DNA of 63,266 bases, filler included, from Candidatus Zhuqueibacterota bacterium (GTDB lineage Bacteria; BS750m-G25), in NCBI GenBank assembly GCA_016783505.1. It is 3 parts of 3 records of this genome, joined end to end, with 100 filler letters (N's around TTAATTAATTAA, not from the genome) between each part and the next. Parts side by side here need not be neighbours in the genome. Positions count along the whole stretch, not along the records: positions 57,383 to 63,266 come from JADHWK010000086.1; 2 more parts are not named here. One strand, written 5' to 3'. Below are positions 57,628 to 63,266 of this stretch, piece after piece. Position 1 is the stretch's first letter. Every line of letters begins with the position of its first letter. The position numbers and the translations under genes were made by a program. The notes beneath the pieces were generated by a model. The model was given only the letters and a program-made list of their open reading frames with translations, was not told the origin of the DNA and did no database searches.

Positions 57628-59208
57628 ATGAAATTTAACGAAATCATCGTATGTATCGGTATTTTCGTACTGCTGGATGTCGCTTTATCTTTTGCCTGTA
57701 CTACCATCACCGTCGGGAAAAAAGCCTCTGTGGATGGGTCGGTGATGACCTCCCACACCTGTGACGGCCATGAGGGTCGTACCTGGATCGGGGTGGTGCC
57801 GCACCGATCTTACAAATCAGGGGCGATGGGGGCGATCCACAAGGGAACGGATAATCAATTAAGCCCAACTGATTTTACTGGGGTCAACGTTTTAGGCAAG
57901 ATACCCCAACCAAGAGAGACCTTCGGTTACCTTTATGGGATCTATGGTTTGATGAACGAGCACCAGCTCGCTATCGGGGAGTCCACCTTTGATGGGCGGG
58001 AGGAGTTGAGGAATGAAAAGGCATTATTGGATTGTTGTGAGCTCACCCGGCTGGTTATGGAGCGGGCCAGGACCGCGCGGGAAGCGATCCGACTAATAGA
58101 TGAGCTGACGAAAAGATATGGCTACAATGATAAAGGCGAGTGTCTCACCATCGCAGATAAAGATGAGGTATGGCATTTAGAAATCCTGGGTTGCGGCGAG
58201 GACAGGGTTGGTGCGGTGTGGGCGGCACAAAGAATTCCCGACGATCATGTTGGTGTCTGTGCCAATGGCAGTCGCATTCGGCAGCTCGACCTTTCCGACC
58301 CGGACCAGTTTATGGCCTCGGAAAATGTCTTCTCATTAGCCGAGGAGATGGGCTGGTGGGACCCCCAGGGTGGAGAGGCCTTCCAGTTCTGCTACGTCTA
58401 CGCCGACCGGAGGAGCATGGCGGCCCGACGGAGGGAATGGAGGGTTTTTGATCTTCTGGCGCCCTCCCTCAAACTCGACCCCAACGGGGAAAACTTTCCC
58501 TTCTCTATTAAACCGGACAGCCTCGTATCCGTTCAGAAGATTATGGAGATATTCCGGGATACCTTTGAGGGTACGCCCTTTGACATGACCAAATTCATGC
58601 TCGTCCCCGACGACAGTGGCAGGGCCGTAAAAAGCCCCTACGCCGACCCCTTCATCAACTATGAAGCGATGCCCCTGTTCAAGATCAGCGGCGGATGGCA
58701 TGAGCCTGGGGGGCGGGGATGGGAAGAACTGGGGGAACGGTGTCTGGCCCGGTGGTACTGCATCTACGTGACGGTGACCCAGTCCCGCTGCTGGCTGCCC
58801 GATCCCATAGGCGGGCTGGTCTGGCTTGGCTACGCCAACCCGGCGATGACGGCCTACGCTCCATTTTACAACTGTGTCACCCGTTTGCCCCAATCCTACC
58901 GCATCAACGGTCGCCCCGGCTACAACCAGGATTGCGCCTGGTGGGCGTTTGAGCGGGTGGCGTGTCTGGCCAAGCGGATCTGGGGCCATATGCGGGTGGA
59001 TGTGGATTCGGTGCGGAGCCAGATCGAAAAGCAGGGGTTTGAAGACCAGCCCGAAATCGAATCACAGGCGGCGGCGCTCTACAAAAAAAGTCCGAAGCGA
59101 GCGATAAAACTTCTCACCAACTATACGAATGAGTATTGTGATCGCATCGTGAAGGCCTACTGGAACCTGGGAGATCATCTCTGGAGCAAGTACTACGATA
59201 AGATGTAA
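57628..59208 (+). CDS. Secreted C69-family dipeptidase
   Basis: Signal peptide ending SFA, then catalytic N-terminal Cys CTTITVG; SHTCD, MNEHQLAIGESTF. Confidence 0.9.
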   Translation: MKFNEIIVCIGIFVLLDVALSFACTTITVGKKASVDGSVMTSHTCDGHEGRTWIGVVPHRSYKSGAMGAIHKGTDNQLSPTDFTGVNVLGKIPQPRETFGYLYGIYGLMNEHQLAIGESTFDGREELRNEKALLDCCELTRLVMERARTAREAIRLIDELTKRYGYNDKGECLTIADKDEVWHLEILGCGEDRVGAVWAAQRIPDDHVGVCANGSRIRQLDLSDPDQFMASENVFSLAEEMGWWDPQGGEAFQFCYVYADRRSMAARRREWRVFDLLAPSLKLDPNGENFPFSIKPDSLVSVQKIMEIFRDTFEGTPFDMTKFMLVPDDSGRAVKSPYADPFINYEAMPLFKISGGWHEPGGRGWEELGERCLARWYCIYVTVTQSRCWLPDPIGGLVWLGYANPAMTAYAPFYNCVTRLPQSYRINGRPGYNQDCAWWAFERVACLAKRIWGHMRVDVDSVRSQIEKQGFEDQPEIESQAAALYKKSPKRAIKLLTNYTNEYCDRIVKAYWNLGDHLWSKYYDKM

Positions 59209-59597
59209 AATTGCCCTAAACATATTTTATATATTTGACCACCCTGATTCTGATGGGTTATCACAGGTAGTTGTAGCCGCATGCGGCTACAAGAAAAGTT
59301 ACGGCGAGGGTGACGAGGTCCGTTTCGTAGTTGGATTATGGTTAGGAAAATATTATAACTGCGATAAAAGAACCGACGCGAAAAGAAATCTTGTCGCTAT
59401 GGAGTTCTTTGGCGGGTCTTGTTTTTATTGAACTACCCTTACAAAAGAATCGGCACAACAGGGTTTCAAACTATGTTAGATTACACATAAATAAAATGGA
59501 TCTGACACCGTTTGTAACGGTGTCTTTAAACCCCTTTCAAAATTAACCCTCTCAGCCCTCAAACAGGGTTACAAACCCTGTTTGATCAAGTTTTGCC

Positions 59598-60890
59598 ATG
59601 AGAATACAATTTTCATCCTTATTTATGAAATCAAGTCTGGAAGTCTACTTTGTTATTGTTTTCCTCTTTTCCGGTATGATCTTCGGGCAGACCCTGTCAG
59701 GAGACTACAGGGTGCTGGGGGGTCGGAGGATTAAGGAGATCATCATTCGGGGAAATTCAAAGACCAAGGATTGGGTCATCCGCCGGGAAATTTATTCCCA
59801 GGTGGGTGAACCCTTCGACCCCCAATTGATGGCGGAAGACCGCAACCGCATTGATAACCTGCAGATCTTCAGCGAGGTAAGGATAACTCCGATCCCGTCT
59901 GAAGGGGATACCAGTATCACTTTATTAGTTAGGGTTAAGGAACGGCTCAATTTTTTTCCTTATCCGACTTTGGACTGGACAGAGGAAAATGGGTGGATGT
60001 ACGGCGGCGGGGCGGCGCTTGAGAACTTCAGGGGGCGAAACCAAAAACTTTACTTCGAGGGCCTGTTCGGGGGGGTGACCAATTTTTTCCTCAAGTTTTC
60101 CGATCCCTGGATCACCGGAAATCACGTCTCCATGGGGATCAAATTGTTCCGCAAAGAGAGGGAAAATAGATATGAGGAGTTTTACGAGACAAGCTACGGT
60201 TTTAGACTCTCTGCTGGACGGTATTTTTCTGAATACATCAAGACCAAGGCCGAGGGGGGTTACCTCAGCCTGACTGCCGACAGGGCGGGGAAGACCATAT
60301 CCCCCTCCAGAAGGGATCATCTGCCCTGGGCCCGGGTGATCCTGTGCTACGACAACCGGGATCTGTATTATAATCCCCATAAGGGATGGCTCAACACTTT
60401 TTCTCTTTCCCATACCGGGTTGCTAAAACAGGACCAACCCAACTTTCAATCCTTCACCGCTGATGTGCGCAGATATTTGCCCCTATGGTTCGATCACGTG
60501 CTGGGGATAAACGGTCTGTTGGCCCTACAGGGGGGACGGGTTCCCATATATCAGGGGTTTTACCTGGGTGGGGTAGCGACAGTGCGGGGCTGGGATCCAA
60601 ACTCCCGCCGGGGTAGGAATCTTTTCTTAGCATCAACTGAATATCGCTTTGACCTCCTCAGAAAAAAAGCCTATACAGAGTGGTTTGACTTCGGGTTGGG
60701 TGGGGTTTTGTTTGTGGATTCAGGAATTGTCTGGGATACCGGCGATCAATGCCGGTGGTCCCGGGGCTTAACGGGTTATGGACTGGGAATTCGGTTGTTC
60801 ATGCCCATCGTTGGGGTTTTTCGCATTGACCTCGCCTGGAATACCAGGGGTCAGATTCAATGGGAGATCTATCAAGGGGCGAAGTTTTAA
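59598..60890 (+). CDS. Omp85 (BamA/TamA) family outer-membrane protein with one POTRA domain
   Basis: GN.KTKD.VIRRE POTRA, NFRGR.Q, LGG..TVRGW, C-terminal Phe. Confidence 0.88.
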   Translation: MRIQFSSLFMKSSLEVYFVIVFLFSGMIFGQTLSGDYRVLGGRRIKEIIIRGNSKTKDWVIRREIYSQVGEPFDPQLMAEDRNRIDNLQIFSEVRITPIPSEGDTSITLLVRVKERLNFFPYPTLDWTEENGWMYGGGAALENFRGRNQKLYFEGLFGGVTNFFLKFSDPWITGNHVSMGIKLFRKERENRYEEFYETSYGFRLSAGRYFSEYIKTKAEGGYLSLTADRAGKTISPSRRDHLPWARVILCYDNRDLYYNPHKGWLNTFSLSHTGLLKQDQPNFQSFTADVRRYLPLWFDHVLGINGLLALQGGRVPIYQGFYLGGVATVRGWDPNSRRGRNLFLASTEYRFDLLRKKAYTEWFDFGLGGVLFVDSGIVWDTGDQCRWSRGLTGYGLGIRLFMPIVGVFRIDLAWNTRGQIQWEIYQGAKF

Positions 60891-61045
60891 CCCTCCCCGC
60901 CGCTCCATGCTGGGGACCGTTCCGTTAGACGAAATGATTTGGTATAAACATAGTAGGGAGTGAAAAAGCCCTGCTTTTTCAATGCAATCCCGAGGTTTCG
61001 GGGTTGCGCTCCTCATTGCACAAGGGAATTTCTTTGGGACAAGTG

Positions 61046-62491
61046 ATGAAGGACCTCACGCAAATAGCTATTGATACCGCGGTTCAACGGGGGGCCAGCT
61101 ACGCCGATTGCCGGATTGTGGAGACCCAAACCGAGGACATCACCGTTCGCAACGGTAAGATCGGGGCCCTCAATCATTCGGAAGACCTGGGGTTTGGGGT
61201 GAGGGTCATCGCCTCCGGAGCGTGGGGCTTTGCCTGCAGCAGCAGGGTGAACCGTGAGGAGGTAGCTCACGTCAGTGCCCAGGCGGTCCAGATCGCTCTG
61301 GCTAGCGCCCGGCTTAAGTCGGAAGATGTGCGGCTGGCCCCTGAAGGGCGCCACCATGATTGCTGGCAGACCCCTTTCCTCATAGATCCCTTCCGGGTGT
61401 CCCTGGAAACGAAGCTGGATTTATTGCTGTCAATTGATAAGATTTTGAGAAAAAACCCTAAAATCAAGGCTGCTGAGGCCAATCTGAGCTTTAAAAGGGA
61501 ACATCAATGGCTGGCTACTTCGGAGGGTACGTTTATTGATCAACTCCTGTTAAGAAGTGGAGCCGGGTATACGGCCACCGCCGTGGAAGGTGACGATGTT
61601 CAAGTTCGGTCGTTCCCCAACTCCTTCCGGGGTCAGTTCATGACAATGGGCTATGAGCTGGTGCTGGGGCTGCCCTTGCTGGAAAATGCGGAGAGGGTCA
61701 GGGAAGAGGCACTAGCCCTGCTTAAGGCCAAGCCCTGCCCGTCGGGCCAAAAAGATCTCATCCTCGATGGTTCTCAACTGGCCCTCCAGATTCACGAATC
61801 GGTGGGGCATCCCACCGAGCTCGACCGGGTTATGGGGATGGAGGCTAACTACGCCGGTACCTCCTTCCTCAATACAGATAAGTTGAAAAATTTTCAATAC
61901 GGATCGGAGATAATCAATCTGGTATGCGATTCAACCGTTCCCAACGGTCTGGCCACCCGGGGTTACGATGATGATGGGGTCCCATCCCAGCGCTGGCATC
62001 TGGTCGAGGATGGACGGTTTGTGGGCTATCAGTTTAATCGGGAACTGGCCCATCTGATAGATGCCTCCAGATCCAGCGGCAACTCACGGGCTGACGGATG
62101 GGAGAACATTCCCATCATTCGAAACACCAACCTGAGCCTGATGCCGGGGGAATGGGAGCTTGAGGACCTGATCGCCGACACCAAAGAGGGGATCTACCTG
62201 GAGACCAACCGCAGTTGGAGTATAGACCAGCAGAGGTTAAACTTTCAATTCAGCACCGAAATCGGCTGGGAAATCAAAAATGGGAAGAAGGGGACCATAT
62301 TAAAAAATCCCACCTATCAGGGGATTACCCCCCAATTCTGGCGTTCCTGTGATGCCATTTGTAATTCCAACTATTGGACGCTGTGGGGGGTGCACAACTG
62401 CGGCAAGGGCCAGCCTTCCCAGAGGGCGGAGATGTCACACGGAGCGGCCCCGGCCCGGTTCCGAAACGTCACTGTCGGTGTCCGGTCTTAA
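61046..62491 (+). CDS. tldD: TldD/PmbA family metalloprotease
   Basis: GFGVRV...GAWGFA, HESVGH.TELDR, YDDDG, NCGKGQP. Confidence 0.9.
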   Translation: MKDLTQIAIDTAVQRGASYADCRIVETQTEDITVRNGKIGALNHSEDLGFGVRVIASGAWGFACSSRVNREEVAHVSAQAVQIALASARLKSEDVRLAPEGRHHDCWQTPFLIDPFRVSLETKLDLLLSIDKILRKNPKIKAAEANLSFKREHQWLATSEGTFIDQLLLRSGAGYTATAVEGDDVQVRSFPNSFRGQFMTMGYELVLGLPLLENAERVREEALALLKAKPCPSGQKDLILDGSQLALQIHESVGHPTELDRVMGMEANYAGTSFLNTDKLKNFQYGSEIINLVCDSTVPNGLATRGYDDDGVPSQRWHLVEDGRFVGYQFNRELAHLIDASRSSGNSRADGWENIPIIRNTNLSLMPGEWELEDLIADTKEGIYLETNRSWSIDQQRLNFQFSTEIGWEIKNGKKGTILKNPTYQGITPQFWRSCDAICNSNYWTLWGVHNCGKGQPSQRAEMSHGAAPARFRNVTVGVRS

Positions 62492-62649
62492 AAAGTGGTT
62501 CTTCCCGGATTTGGGAGGGGTAATCAATTATTCGATATCTATATTTAAGATCTTTCCCCTTGATGAGACTTGTAAGATTCCCTATTCGTAGGTTGCGATG
62601 GTTATCCCCCCGAAGCTTCGGGGGGGAATGAAAGGGGGGTGTTTAAGAC

Positions 62650-63024
62650 ATGGTAAAGAAAACTTATTACAATCCAAAACTGAAAGCACTCTCAAGAAGA
62701 TTGCGTAGGAAAGGCACTTTATCTGAAGTTCTGCTTTGGATGCAAATCAAAGGAGGACAGATAAAAGGCTATAAATTCACCCGGCAAAAACCTATGGGGA
62801 ATTACATTGTAGATTTCTATTGCGGCAGACTTCGTTTGGCGATTGAAATTGATGGCATCAGCCATGAAGACAAGTTCAAAGAGGATAAGATACGACAGAA
62901 GGAAATCGAAAAACAAGGTGTAAAATTCTTAAGGTTTTATGATTCTGATATAAAAAACAACATGGAAGGTGTGATAGCAGTTATTAGGGATTGGATTGAG
63001 AGGGAGGAAAAAAAAGGGGTATAA
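62650..63024 (+). CDS. DUF559 (Vsr-like) endonuclease-domain protein
   Basis: LR...T.SE..LW, F.RQ.P...YIVDFYC...LAIEIDG.SH, LRF. Confidence 0.9.
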   Translation: MVKKTYYNPKLKALSRRLRRKGTLSEVLLWMQIKGGQIKGYKFTRQKPMGNYIVDFYCGRLRLAIEIDGISHEDKFKEDKIRQKEIEKQGVKFLRFYDSDIKNNMEGVIAVIRDWIEREEKKGV

Positions 63025-63050
63025 TGCCTTAATAGCATTTAATAGGTTTT

Positions 63051-63193
63051 AACACCCCCCTACATCCCCCCTTAATAGGGGGGACTTGTAGAAATGATAA
63101 AAGTATAGGCTTGGTGGTAATACCCCTTAATAGGGGGGACTTGTTAAAGGGATGAAGTGTAGGCTTGGTGGTAATCACCCCTTCATAGAGGGT
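63051..63193. repeat. Tandem ~55-bp palindromic repeats downstream of DUF559
   Basis: CCCCTTAATAGGGGGGACTTGT...TAGGCTTGGTGGTAAT twice (63066-63121, 63122-63175) plus a partial third copy. Confidence 0.85.
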
Positions 63194-63266
63194 TAATCAA
63201 TTTATAAAATAATTCATATAAATATTGCTACTTACAATAATCCGGGAATTACTAAAAAAGTTATCG

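Noticed and set aside
63066-63193. Possible CRISPR mini-array
   Set aside because: Intervening segments are short and similar to each other, there are under three units and no cas genes; better read as tandem palindromic repeats
1-63266. tRNA, rRNA, integrase or transposase genes
   Set aside because: None recognised by eye or in the ORF track; tRNAscan/Infernal would be needed to exclude divergent RNAs

Overview
Bacterial draft-genome window made of three contigs joined by artificial 100-nt N/TTAATTAATTAA linkers (1-28622, 28723-57282, 57383-63266), so synteny across the linkers cannot be trusted. Four proteins with 'QN(Y/F)PNPFN'-type C-terminal secretion domains and several Bacteroidota-like conserved genes suggest an FCB-group lineage outside Bacteroidota (inference only). 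The backbone is housekeeping and metabolic: pdxA, gltX, glnS, ssb, menA, tldD, an ABC ATPase, dehydrogenases and peptidases. The main unannotated signal is two minus-strand integron-cassette arrays with no integrase in the window, together holding six attC-like sites and one or two attI-like sites. Array 1 (6.3-11.8 kb) carries two methyltransferase + effector pairs whose effectors share motifs (PG..N..D / ED..Y..GR) that do not resemble classical restriction-nuclease signatures. Array 2 (30.3-36.3 kb) carries a serine hydrolase with an internal membrane block, an alpha/beta hydrolase and an AAA ATPase, and it brackets a glnS gene whose KMSKS-type motif is altered. Other observations: decayed toxins beside intact antitoxins, a 3'-end-replacement island, a DUF559 gene flanked by inverted palindromic repeats, several REP-like families, a 200-nt rod-shaped intergenic element, an SSS-SpoIID-GT2 cluster and a redox/outer-membrane cluster.
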